Shown here: positions 1 through 8,385 of the stretch, in pieces
How positions within the stretch are numbered: the stretch's first letter is position 1
Layout: every line of letters begins with the position of its first letter
Source: Patescibacteria group bacterium
GTDB lineage: Bacteria > Patescibacteriota > Microgenomatia > JAMCZE01
Reading direction: 5' to 3'
Length of the DNA stretch: 63,991 nucleotides
Assembly: GCA_023485845.1 (NCBI GenBank)
Contig: JAMCZE010000014.1
Span: forward strand, 1 to 63,991
Notes under the pieces: model-generated
The model's database searches: none
What the model saw: the letters and a program-made list of their open reading frames with translations, nothing else
What the model was told of the DNA's origin: nothing
Made by a program: the position numbers and the translations under genes

Positions 1-87
1 GAGACAGTCATCCAAAAGTACATCAGAAACCAAGGAAGACCAAAAGACTATGTCCAAATATCAAAAGACCAACTCAGGCTATTTTAG
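1..87 (+). CDS. tnpA: IS200/IS605 Y1 (HUH) transposase TnpA, C-terminal fragment
   Basis: In-frame ...ETVIQKYIRNQGRPKDYVQISKDQLRLF*, identical to the end of the full copy at 23216-23689. Confidence 0.85.
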   Translation, partial: ETVIQKYIRNQGRPKDYVQISKDQLRLF

Positions 88-98
88 CAATGCAGATG

Positions 99-118
99 CC
101 TCGCAGCTTGCTGCGAGG
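99..118 (+). repeat. IS200 right-end subterminal hairpin
   Basis: CCTCGCAG-cttg-CTGCGAGG, 8-bp perfect stem. The same structure occurs at 23701-23720. Confidence 0.7.
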
Positions 119-129
119 AGTGTCACTTG

Positions 130-143
130 TCATACATGTATGA
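130..143. repeat. Perfect 14-bp palindrome abutting the IS200 right end
   Basis: TCATACATGTATGA starts at the first base after copy A/copy B identity ends. Confidence 0.6.
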
Positions 144-212
144 CAATCTAGGATATTGGTGTGCCTATATTGTCGTCATACCACCTAACAGGGTATATAA
201 ATACAATTGAGG

Positions 213-251
213 TTGGGAACGTCACCAAACGCACTAGGGTGACACTGGGCG
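213..251 (+). repeat. Left copy of imperfect direct repeat flanking the AT-rich island
   Basis: Ungapped 31/39 identity with 5439-5477. Contains the GTCACC...GGTGAC inverted motif. Confidence 0.5.
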
Positions 252-275
252 AGAGATTTAGCTTCAATCAAGTAT

Positions 276-812
276 TTATAATCCAAACCCCAAAGTGATA
301 CTTTGACCAGACCTTTTTCCGCAAAAATCTATATTAGCCATAATTCCTTCTCTTTTGATATCTACATATCGAAATTCAGCTATATTTGGTGTCGGATTCA
401 CAATTGGCTGATCTGCTAATACTCCGGCTAAAGCAAGCATGAACTTCAGCCATTCATCATCGTTTTTACAAAAACTACAAGGTAAGCCGTATTCACCCAA
501 TAATTGAGTTAATTCAGATCTAAATTCTGGCAGTAGAAGGAAATCAATGTTTCCATTTTTGGGATAAGTGTCTATGGAATCGTCAATTTTGGTCATAATC
601 GCTTCCATAGCAGAAGTAATGTGATCTTTCCGTGTATGAACGGACCAATCAGCATGGAAACGAACTAATGAGTATAAATCTTTGTGGCATGATTCTCTTT
701 CTCTATCAAGAAGTTTTCTTAATTCAACCAACAGGTAAACAACCTCGTGTTCCTCTCTCATTTTATTCTCGTTTAGAAATCTGTTTAGTTTTTCAACTAT
801 TTGTATTTTCAT
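276..812 (-). CDS. Hypothetical protein (178 aa), downstream partner of the ATPase-Toprim gene
   Basis: Intact ORF on the same strand, 19 nt downstream of 832-2619. AT-rich codon usage like its neighbours. No motif recognised. Confidence 0.65.
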   Translation of the reverse strand: MKIQIVEKLNRFLNENKMREEHEVVYLLVELRKLLDRERESCHKDLYSLVRFHADWSVHTRKDHITSAMEAIMTKIDDSIDTYPKNGNIDFLLLPEFRSELTQLLGEYGLPCSFCKNDDEWLKFMLALAGVLADQPIVNPTPNIAEFRYVDIKREGIMANIDFCGKRSGQSITLGFGL

Positions 813-831
813 AACAACGAACGCATTGGCT

Positions 832-2619
832 TTAACTTTTTAGCTGCTCTATAAACTGTTTAACTTCATCGGGATATCTTTCAGTATCAATATTCTGAAG
901 TATTTTTTCTTGAAATCCCTTATAGGTTAGAGATTTGACATATTGCGAGGTTTTAACAAACTCCTGGTATAGATCTTTAAGAACTTTTTTACCGTCAACT
1001 TTTAATGGTTCAGTGAGCGCTTTTTGTTCTACGGTCCCCAAAATTGTATTGATCTCATCAACTGTAAACTCTTTTTCCCCAGAGGTAGATGCTAATTTTA
1101 ACGCCTCTTTATCTAATAGAAAAAGATTCTCCAAATTTGTAAATGGTGTAGGAATAACATTCTTATATTTTGAGGTATCAACAGTTGGAGTTAAGTCCTT
1201 ATCGACAAGTGCAAAAACTTTAAGATTGGTTTGATATTGAGAAAGGCTTTCCAGTAAAGCAATAAACATTGTTGTTGCTTTCACAACTCCACCTTTACTG
1301 CCTGAACCGACTTTGGCAATTCCTGCTGGAATAAAGACAACCTTACATTTTTTAGGATCTATCAACCTTTGGTAGATTTTATAATCTTCAAGTTGATTGT
1401 CAGCCTTTTCTACACCCTCAACATATATAATTTTGGGTATCAAATAGGCCAAGTCGAACCTTTTACCTAATGAGTGAAGTAGCTCTACTCTTGAGCTTAA
1501 ATTATCTATTTTTTCGATAGATTTTGCATCGGAAGTTATCTGGTAAACATTCTCTGCATTTACCGATATGAGATCGGGAGAATGAGTAGCTATTAAACAG
1601 CTGAAGTCTGAAGCTTGAGAAAATACCCCTTTCATAAATTCAGCTAATCTAGTTACGTATTCAGGGTGGAGATGAATATCTGGCTCATCTATTAACACAA
1701 CTGGTTTATATTCTTGTCTTTCCCATTGTAGGAGCATTCCTGCTAAACCGATAACTTGTCTTTCTCCCGAACTGGCAAATTGTATTGGGTAGCTTTTGTC
1801 AATCCTTGTATTTGTCATCTTGAATTTAATTTCACCTTTTTCAATTTGATTTTTATCGTAGTTAAGCTCCAACGGGCTGATAATATAATTAATTCTTTCG
1901 AGTGCATTCTCGAGTAATGGAAAGGTTTTATGAGTATTCTTGAAAACATTCCATATATCCATCATTGCTAATCGGTTAAGCAGATTCCCAAGTTGGATAT
2001 TCGTTCTTGAAGATCTTTGTCTTAGATCAAAATCACCTGATAATACATCCATCATTTCAGTAGCTCTCGGAGTACCTCCTAAAAAAGTTGTTCCACCTTC
2101 ACTGATATCTTGCAAAGGTTTAATATATGCAACCAATACCTTACTTCTTCCTAATTCAGCATACCAACTAGGTACGTCAGGGCGTGAACTACTTCCTAAA
2201 AATGTTCTTGTTGGTCTTTCATCAGGAAAACGTAATGGAATCGCCACTTCAGTAGTAAAATGATATCTATCCGATATTTTTGTCAGATCCTGGCACATAT
2301 TCTGGAATACTTGCTCAGAAGATGGAAACGCTTGAGGATTTCTTTCTGTTAGCAATCCCGATAAATATTTAATTTCGCTTTCATTAAAAGAACCTGTGAT
2401 TTTCCATACTGCTTTATCTGCTGTAATTCCATTAACGATGGTTGCATCTATTTGGTTAATATCAACACTGTTTAATATGAAGTTTGTAACCTCAAGGATT
2501 GTTGATTTACCAGTACCATTTTGTCCGGCTAATATAATGAATCCAGTTAGATCCGAAGATGTAACCTCAAAATTCTCAAAGCCTCTAAACCCAGTAATTT
2601 TTATGTTCTCAATTTTCAT
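832..2619 (-). CDS. OLD-family-like ABC/SMC-type ATPase fused to a Toprim/DUF4435-like nuclease domain
   Basis: Walker A GQNGTGKST, signature-like SSGERQ, Walker B VVLIDEPDIHLHP, H-loop ATHSPD. The C-terminal part has IIYVEG (Toprim Glu) and ALVDKD (DxD). Confidence 0.75.
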   Translation of the reverse strand: MKIENIKITGFRGFENFEVTSSDLTGFIILAGQNGTGKSTILEVTNFILNSVDINQIDATIVNGITADKAVWKITGSFNESEIKYLSGLLTERNPQAFPSSEQVFQNMCQDLTKISDRYHFTTEVAIPLRFPDERPTRTFLGSSSRPDVPSWYAELGRSKVLVAYIKPLQDISEGGTTFLGGTPRATEMMDVLSGDFDLRQRSSRTNIQLGNLLNRLAMMDIWNVFKNTHKTFPLLENALERINYIISPLELNYDKNQIEKGEIKFKMTNTRIDKSYPIQFASSGERQVIGLAGMLLQWERQEYKPVVLIDEPDIHLHPEYVTRLAEFMKGVFSQASDFSCLIATHSPDLISVNAENVYQITSDAKSIEKIDNLSSRVELLHSLGKRFDLAYLIPKIIYVEGVEKADNQLEDYKIYQRLIDPKKCKVVFIPAGIAKVGSGSKGGVVKATTMFIALLESLSQYQTNLKVFALVDKDLTPTVDTSKYKNVIPTPFTNLENLFLLDKEALKLASTSGEKEFTVDEINTILGTVEQKALTEPLKVDGKKVLKDLYQEFVKTSQYVKSLTYKGFQEKILQNIDTERYPDEVKQFIEQLKS

Positions 2620-2686
2620 AAACTTGCTATATACTATTGCAATTGTTATTTACAAATGCTTATAATAATTTATATCATAATCTCAT
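2620..2686. promoter_or_regulatory. Divergent AT-rich intergenic region (putative divergent promoters of the island)
   Basis: 67-nt spacer between divergent genes. Contains TATAAT-like elements (tataataat, tatact). Confidence 0.3.
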
Positions 2687-2866
2687 ATGGAAAACAACGA
2701 ATTTTATACAGTAGAACAGGTTGCTGACCTTCTTAAAGTCCACTGGCAAACTGTGCTCAATTATATTAAAGGCGGAAAGTTAAAAGCTGTTAAACTAGGC
2801 AAAGGATATCGAATTTCCAAAGAGGCATTAAACGATTTTGTAAAGGAAAATCAAACACAAAGTTAA
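2687..2866 (+). CDS. Excisionase-family / MerR-like helix-turn-helix DNA-binding protein (59 aa)
   Basis: MENNEFYTVEQVADLLKVHWQTVLNYIKGGKLKAVKLGKGYRISKEALNDFV matches the excisionase-type HTH pattern. It falls below the ORF-track size cutoff. Confidence 0.65.
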   Translation: MENNEFYTVEQVADLLKVHWQTVLNYIKGGKLKAVKLGKGYRISKEALNDFVKENQTQS

Positions 2867-2888
2867 TCATATTAACCTTTAGTTAATT

Positions 2889-4007
2889 ATGGCTAGAGAA
2901 GCATCAAGCAAAAATCTTATAAACGCAAGACGGGCAAAAAACGATGAGTTTTATACCCAATACGGCGATATCCAGAAAGAAATTGAAAAATATCTGGAAT
3001 ATAATCCAGATACTTTTCGCAACAAGGTGGTATATTGCAATTGCGATGATCCGTTCGAGAGTAATTTCTTTCGCTATTTCGTACTTAACTTCAACAAGCT
3101 TGGATTAAAACGGCTTATCACCACAAGTTATAAACCTTCGCCTGTAGCTAACACTCAGCTCCAATTGTTTGGCGACGATAAGACCCTACCGAAGTCAAAA
3201 GGTCGTCCCAAGATTACCGCCAACAAATTTATTATTAACGAAGTGCACGACATAGATGAGGATGGCGAATTCAACTTAAAGGATGTCGCCAAACAACTAA
3301 AAACAAATAAACATAATGAATGGACGCCACTTGAAGGCGATGGAGATTTTCGTAGCGATGAATGTATAAGCCTCCTTAAACAATCCGACATTGTTGTAAC
3401 GAATCCACCTTTCAGCTTGTTTCGTGAATATGTTAAGCAACTTTTTGATTACAAAAAACTCTTTTTGATTATTGGAAATATTAATTGCATAACTTACAAG
3501 GATATATTTCAAAAAATTAAAAATAATGAAATTTGGCTTGGTAATGGTATGGGAAGATGGATTTCTGGATTTATAGTACCTGAATCCTATGACTTATATG
3601 GAACAGAGGCGCGTATAGATGAAGATGGAAACAGAATTGTCGCCACTAATAATTGTTTGTGGCTTACTAATCTTGACCATGGACGACGCCATCAACCATT
3701 AGCACTCATGACAATGAAAGAAAATTTGAAATATAGCAGACACAAAGAAATTAAAGGTAAAAATACATATGAAAAATATGATAATTATGATGCTATAGAA
3801 GTACCTTTCACCGATGCGATTCCAAGTGATTATAAAGGCATAATGGGAGTGCCTATTAGTTTTTTGGATAAGTACAATCCTGAACAATTTGAGATATTAG
3901 GAATGGACGATCATAGGATGCAGTATCCTAATTGGAGAGGTAGAGGTCCTGATTTGAATGGAAAGCCTGCTTATAGAAGAGTTATTATTAAACATAAGAA
4001 TAAATAG
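2889..4007 (+). CDS. N6-adenine DNA methyltransferase (EcoRI-methylase-like family)
   Basis: The N-terminal KNDEFYTQ...[17 protein letters not shown] and catalytic VVTNPPF motifs are typical of the EcoRI_methylase-type family (from memory). Confidence 0.75.
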   Translation: MAREASSKNLINARRAKNDEFYTQYGDIQKEIEKYLEYNPDTFRNKVVYCNCDDPFESNFFRYFVLNFNKLGLKRLITTSYKPSPVANTQLQLFGDDKTLPKSKGRPKITANKFIINEVHDIDEDGEFNLKDVAKQLKTNKHNEWTPLEGDGDFRSDECISLLKQSDIVVTNPPFSLFREYVKQLFDYKKLFLIIGNINCITYKDIFQKIKNNEIWLGNGMGRWISGFIVPESYDLYGTEARIDEDGNRIVATNNCLWLTNLDHGRRHQPLALMTMKENLKYSRHKEIKGKNTYEKYDNYDAIEVPFTDAIPSDYKGIMGVPISFLDKYNPEQFEILGMDDHRMQYPNWRGRGPDLNGKPAYRRVIIKHKNK

Positions 4008-4008
4008 T

Positions 4009-5172
4009 ATGAAACCAATATTAAAAAACAATATAACTATTCAAGAGATCTGTGATGGATTTGTTTATAACGAGCTTGAGGGTAAAGGTCTGTTTGGCCT
4101 GTCTGGAAAGCTGACCATTCAACCCGAATATCAGCGAAACTATATCTATGCAGAAGAAAAAAGAGAAGCAGGCGTAATCGAGTCCGTTCTGAAAGAATAT
4201 CCAATTGGCTTGATTTATTTCAACAAGGTGGGCATAGACACATTCGAAGTTTTAGATGGGCAACAGCGAATAACTAGCCTCGGACGATTTATCACCAACA
4301 AGTTTGCTATCAAAGATGAAAATGGAATGCCACAGATTTTTGGTAACATGGCTAAGGACAAGCAAAATAAAATCTTAGAAACAAAACTGCTAATTTATGA
4401 GTGCGAAGGAACGGAAAGCCAAATAAAAGAATGGTTCAAGACAATAAATATTGCAGGTGTTCCACTCAATAATCAAGAACTACTTAACGCTGTATATTCT
4501 GGTCCATTCGTAACTAAAGCCAAAGAGGAATTCAGTAATAGCCAAAACGCCAACATTCAAAAGTGGAGTGCGTATGTATCAGGTAGTGCCAATAGGCAGG
4601 AATTTTTGGGATGTGCACTGGATTGGGTAAGTAAAGGCAATATTGGCGATTATATGAGTAAACACCGCCAAGACAAAAATATTGATGAATTGAAAAAATA
4701 TTTCAACACAGTAATCGATTGGATATCTAATGTATTTGTTGATGTAGAATCCGAAATGCGAGGTCTTGAATGGGGACGACTTTACGAGCAGTATCACAAA
4801 AAATCATACGACCCAGTCAAAGTGTCGGCCGAGGTACATAAGCTTTATAGTGACTTTTTTATTAAGGATAAAAAAGGAATTTTCGAGTATATTTTGGGAG
4901 GTAATCACGATACAAAATTGCTTAATATTCGTATTTTTGACGAACCGACCAAAAGATCTGTTTATGAAAAACAGACTCGTGAAGCTGTAACTAAAAAGAA
5001 ATCAAACTGTTCATTCTGTGCAGTTGGACACGATGTAAACAAGGATAAAATTTGGAGTTTTGGCGAAATGGAAGCCGATCATGTGTCATCCTGGAGTAAA
5101 GGAGGCACAACGGATATTAAGAATTGTGAGATGTTGTGCAAAACTCATAATCGGGCAAAGGGCAATCGATGA
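4009..5172 (+). CDS. DUF262 (ParB/GmrS-like, DGQQR) domain protein with C-terminal HNH nuclease
   Basis: [10 protein letters not shown] motif. C-terminus CSFCAVGH...[32 protein letters not shown] (HNH). The ATG at 4009 lies 1 nt after the MTase stop. Confidence 0.75.
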   Translation: MKPILKNNITIQEICDGFVYNELEGKGLFGLSGKLTIQPEYQRNYIYAEEKREAGVIESVLKEYPIGLIYFNKVGIDTFEVLDGQQRITSLGRFITNKFAIKDENGMPQIFGNMAKDKQNKILETKLLIYECEGTESQIKEWFKTINIAGVPLNNQELLNAVYSGPFVTKAKEEFSNSQNANIQKWSAYVSGSANRQEFLGCALDWVSKGNIGDYMSKHRQDKNIDELKKYFNTVIDWISNVFVDVESEMRGLEWGRLYEQYHKKSYDPVKVSAEVHKLYSDFFIKDKKGIFEYILGGNHDTKLLNIRIFDEPTKRSVYEKQTREAVTKKKSNCSFCAVGHDVNKDKIWSFGEMEADHVSSWSKGGTTDIKNCEMLCKTHNRAKGNR

Positions 5173-5438
5173 AAACTACCAATGTTATGTATACGAAATA
5201 CTCGGAAAAAACCCGGGAAATAACATAGTCCGATTTGAAACTGCAATGTAACTCTTCAGAAAAATAATCGATCAAAAACAATAGTTTTTCTATGGGTGTT
5301 TAAGATCAAGAGACTCTATCTTCAGAAGACTTTGAAATCAACAGGTGGGTTGTGTTTTTGACTGTTGACCTTACTCTAAAATAATCAAGCAAGTTTTCTC
5401 CAGGATACAATCCTAATATTGACGGCGGCCTTGCTGTT

Positions 5439-5477
5439 TTGGGTATGTCACCAGACGAGCCAGGGTGACACCAGGCG
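5439..5477 (+). repeat. Right copy of imperfect direct repeat flanking the AT-rich island
   Basis: 31/39 identity with 213-251. Folds TGTCACC...GGTGACA. Confidence 0.5.
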
Positions 5478-5808
5478 TGTTTTCTTGAACCTAGTTGAGT
5501 TACTTATGCCTTATCTCCAATTTTGTTCCATAACCAATATGGTGAATTTACTCACGAAGCGATCTGATAAGCAGGTTGAGGAGCAGGAAGCTGAATATAG
5601 GTTTTCAACGTATTGTACTGTAAAATAAGATTATCAAGTAAAGTGTTCCATTTAAGGGACACTATGCTCACAGTCTTAAATATCGCCATTGCCTATGTCT
5701 TTATGGTAATTTACTTGATTGGGAGAAAGTTAGAAGCTATATGTCTTGCCTGGTTGCACCTGCGGCATTGATAATTACCCCTCGATCTTCTAATCTGATT
5801 GTGGACAT

Positions 5809-6357
5809 ATGGCCAAGAAAGTGCTCGACGAAGTCGGGATAAATTTATTGCCGGGGGATGACCTGGAAGGCCGGCCCGGGGGCATCTTTTTGAAGTGGGC
5901 TTTAACCTGGGGCAAACGGATTGTCATTGTCACGGAACTAATTGTGATTTTGGCCTTTTTGTCCCGCTTTTGGCTGGATACAACGGTGGCTAACAATTCT
6001 GATCTCATCAGCCAAAAACAGGCAATTGTTGCTTCGGAAGACAGTTTTGAAACCCAGTTTCGCACCGTCACCAATCGCATCGTCCAGGCTAAGACCATTG
6101 AGGCTCAGGTTTCCCCGTTGGTTGTTTACGACACCGCCCAGGCTCTGATCCCCCCACAAATTGCCGTTAACCAATTTGTGGTGACTAACGAAAAAATTAA
6201 TTTTGGTGGCCAAAGTGATGCCGCCGCGATTGCCCAACTGGTTAGCAACTTTAAGAACTCCCCGGACTTTTCTGGTGTTAACGTGGAGAAGATTTCTAAA
6301 AGCAGCGACGACCCAAATATTATTTTTACCTTGTCAGCCGATTATGTCCATCACTGA
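5809..6357 (+). CDS. pilN: Type IV pilus assembly protein PilN-like
   Basis: N-terminal GINLLP motif followed by a single TM helix. Size is about 180 aa. Confidence 0.6.
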   Translation: MAKKVLDEVGINLLPGDDLEGRPGGIFLKWALTWGKRIVIVTELIVILAFLSRFWLDTTVANNSDLISQKQAIVASEDSFETQFRTVTNRIVQAKTIEAQVSPLVVYDTAQALIPPQIAVNQFVVTNEKINFGGQSDAAAIAQLVSNFKNSPDFSGVNVEKISKSSDDPNIIFTLSADYVHH

Positions 6358-6946
6358 CCGCTATCAGCGCTATTACACTTATTTGGAACCGGTGGTGGCC
6401 GACCCGTTGGTCCGCGGCTATTTTAGTTTGGTGGCCTCGCTGTTTCTGATTGCCTTTTTTCTTATCTTTGCCTTGTCGCCGACGATCAACACCATTTTGT
6501 CCCTGCGCAAAAAGATTGCCGAACAGCAAACGACAATCGCTGCCCTGGACGCGAAAATTTCCGCCCTGGTGACCGCTCATCAGAATTATCTTTCAGCACA
6601 GCCTTATCTGCCCAGTTTGCTGGCGGCTTTGCCGGACAGTCCCATGCCGCAAACAGCCACCACCACTTTGACTAACGTGGCTTCCGGTTCGGCGGTGATT
6701 TTGGGCACCGCTCAATTTAAGGACATAAATTTGAGCGCGGCTCAATATGAGAAAGCCGCTTCACCGACGGTCGGGTTTACTTTTTCTGTTTCCGGAACAA
6801 TGGTCAATGTGCGCCAGTTTGTCACCGCCCTGGAGGGCTCCCGACGCTATATTCGTGTCAACACTTTATCAATTGCCATTAAAGATAATTTAAATGTGAC
6901 GGTTGACGGCCGGGCCCAGGCTTACTACTATGCGAAACAGAAATAG
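6344..6946 (+). CDS. PilO-like pilus assembly protein
   Basis: TM helix then coiled-coil (LSLRKKIAEQQTTIAALDAKISAL). Overlaps the pilN stop. The internal ATG at 6344 is preferred over the track start 6203. Confidence 0.45.
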   Translation: MSITDRYQRYYTYLEPVVADPLVRGYFSLVASLFLIAFFLIFALSPTINTILSLRKKIAEQQTTIAALDAKISALVTAHQNYLSAQPYLPSLLAALPDSPMPQTATTTLTNVASGSAVILGTAQFKDINLSAAQYEKAASPTVGFTFSVSGTMVNVRQFVTALEGSRRYIRVNTLSIAIKDNLNVTVDGRAQAYYYAKQK

Positions 6947-7118
6947 TTGGATCATTTTTGCGGCGCTGACTTTTTTGGTGGCCCTCATCTGGGTGGCCGT
7001 GACGGCTGTTGGCAGTCTGCGCAAAACGACTGTGTCGGCCGATGTTGCCAAAGCAGCGGCGCCCATGGACCCGACAATTGATGTTATTTTTTTAAAAACA
7101 CTAAATGCACGCAGCTAA
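6930..7118 (+). CDS. Small membrane-anchored protein
   Basis: MRNRNSWIIFAALTFLVALIWVAV signal anchor. Overlaps neighbours in an operon-like fashion. Confidence 0.4.
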   Translation: MRNRNSWIIFAALTFLVALIWVAVTAVGSLRKTTVSADVAKAAAPMDPTIDVIFLKTLNARS

Positions 7119-8385
7119 AAAAATCCCTACAGTTCTGGGTTTGGGGCTGGTGATCGTCCTGACAATTGGCGTGGCCCTGACCACCCGGGCGGCAGGAAGT
7201 CTGACCAATCTGTTTTCTTCAGCCTCCGGGCAAAAGATGGCCGCGGATGTTGGGGTGGCCAATTTTAACAACAGTGGAGCCACGATCTATTGGACAACGG
7301 ATACACCAACCACGGGGACGGTGTCGTTTGGTAAAACGTCAGCTCTGGAGCAGGGATTGGTGGTCGACGATCGCGCTGGTCAATATCTCACCCATTTTGT
7401 CCGTCTCACGGGGTTGGCACCGGCCACGAAATATTTTTATAAAATCAGCGACGATGTCACCGTTCGGGATTTCACCACCTTAGCCGGTCCTTTATCCGGC
7501 ACCGCCGATCCGATTTATGGTCAGGTGACCGATGCCTCCGGGGGGCCGCTGGCGGGGGCGATTGCCGTTTGGACCGGTCCGGCTAGTGATCCCCTGGCGG
7601 CTTTGTCCAAAAGCGACGGTAATTATGTTTTGCCAGTTGTTGCTCCGGCCGGCAGTGCGGAAACAGTCACTCTTTTAGGGGGAGCCGGTGTCTCGGCCAC
7701 CATTACTTGCCAGGTGGGGATGGATCGTCCGTTGCCTACCGTGGCAATGGGGGACAGCCTTGATTGCCAGAAAAAGACGACTACCACTTCCCCGGGGTTT
7801 AAGACACCCGCTGCCCCAGCCAGTCCCAGCCCCACCGCCGGGTCGGCGCAGCTTAACATTGACAACGGCCAAACTTTTGACACTTTCCAGCCAGTCATTT
7901 CCGGCAAAGCCGGTCCTAACCAAGTGGTTAATATCATGATTCATTCCGACACGCCCTATTCGGCCACCGTTGTTGCCGGCCCGGACGGCAGCTGGTCCTG
8001 GACGCCGCCAGCTAATCTCTCCGCGGGCCAGCACACTGTCACTATTACCATCACTAATCCTGACGGGACCACCCAGACAGTGACTCGAACCTTCACGGTG
8101 ACGGCTGGCACATCACTCTTGCCGATCACCTCCGGAACACCGTCGGCCACTCTGACTCATTTGGCTTGCGTGAACAATGCCTGCACCACGATTTCCGGCG
8201 CCGGGTCCGATGCTTGCTCCACGGACTCCGATTGTGTGGCGACGGCTGCAGCAACACCCGCCCCACCGCCCCCGCCATCGGCACCGCCCACCACCGGAGC
8301 TACTGAAAACACGGTCATTATGTTGACATTGGGATTGATTTTCGTCACACTGGGAGCATGGAAGAAAATTCCGCACCGCCAATAA
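7105..8385 (+). CDS. Secreted surface protein (FN3/Ig-like domains, Cys motif, Pro-rich stalk, C-terminal sorting-signal-like anchor)
   Basis: N-terminal signal. GATIYWTTDTPTTGTVSFG...YFYKI (FN3-like). Ig-like segment. CVNNACTTISGAGSDACSTDSDC motif. PPPPPSAPPTTG followed by a TM helix and a KK tail. Confidence 0.7.
   Translation: MHAAKKIPTVLGLGLVIVLTIGVALTTRAAGSLTNLFSSASGQKMAADVGVANFNNSGATIYWTTDTPTTGTVSFGKTSALEQGLVVDDRAGQYLTHFVRLTGLAPATKYFYKISDDVTVRDFTTLAGPLSGTADPIYGQVTDASGGPLAGAIAVWTGPASDPLAALSKSDGNYVLPVVAPAGSAETVTLLGGAGVSATITCQVGMDRPLPTVAMGDSLDCQKKTTTTSPGFKTPAAPASPSPTAGSAQLNIDNGQTFDTFQPVISGKAGPNQVVNIMIHSDTPYSATVVAGPDGSWSWTPPANLSAGQHTVTITITNPDGTTQTVTRTFTVTAGTSLLPITSGTPSATLTHLACVNNACTTISGAGSDACSTDSDCVATAAATPAPPPPPSAPPTTGATENTVIMLTLGLIFVTLGAWKKIPHRQ

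Larger units (their letters stand above)
1..129 (+). mobile_element. IS200/IS605-family element, right-end fragment (copy A, truncated by window start)
   Basis: nt 1-129 are base-for-base identical to 23603-23731 (3' end of tnpA plus subterminal hairpin). Identity stops at 129/23731. Confidence 0.85.

Noticed and set aside
3958-4008. Longer ORF-track N-termini. These are 3958 for the DUF262-HNH gene, 6203, 9199, 28958, 33774, 36457, 43852, 44493, 52045, 54887, 55308, 55672, 56787, 57537, 58927 and 59412.
   Set aside because: Each extension overlaps the upstream gene and lacks homology-like sequence. Internal ATG/TTG starts adjoining the upstream stop give canonical N-termini, such as MPRSK for S7 and MSRIGKKPI for L6.
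5419-5628. 69-aa ORF in the long spacer upstream of pilN. A 35-aa hydrophobic ORF at 5664-5771 was also considered.
   Set aside because: The 69-aa ORF has a non-ATG start, no motif, and spans the right island repeat. The 35-aa ORF cannot be supported from sequence alone.
5173-5808. Search for tRNA, tmRNA, SRP RNA or riboswitch in the larger spacers (130-275, 5173-5808, 33111-33416, 44479-44642).
   Set aside because: No T-loop consensus (GGTTCRANNCC), acceptor-stem pairing or other recognisable conserved RNA motif was seen by eye. An Infernal/tRNAscan run is needed to be sure.
7623-8382. Antisense or alternate-frame ORFs within the surface-protein genes.
   Set aside because: They overlap better-supported plus-strand genes that have signal peptides and domain motifs.
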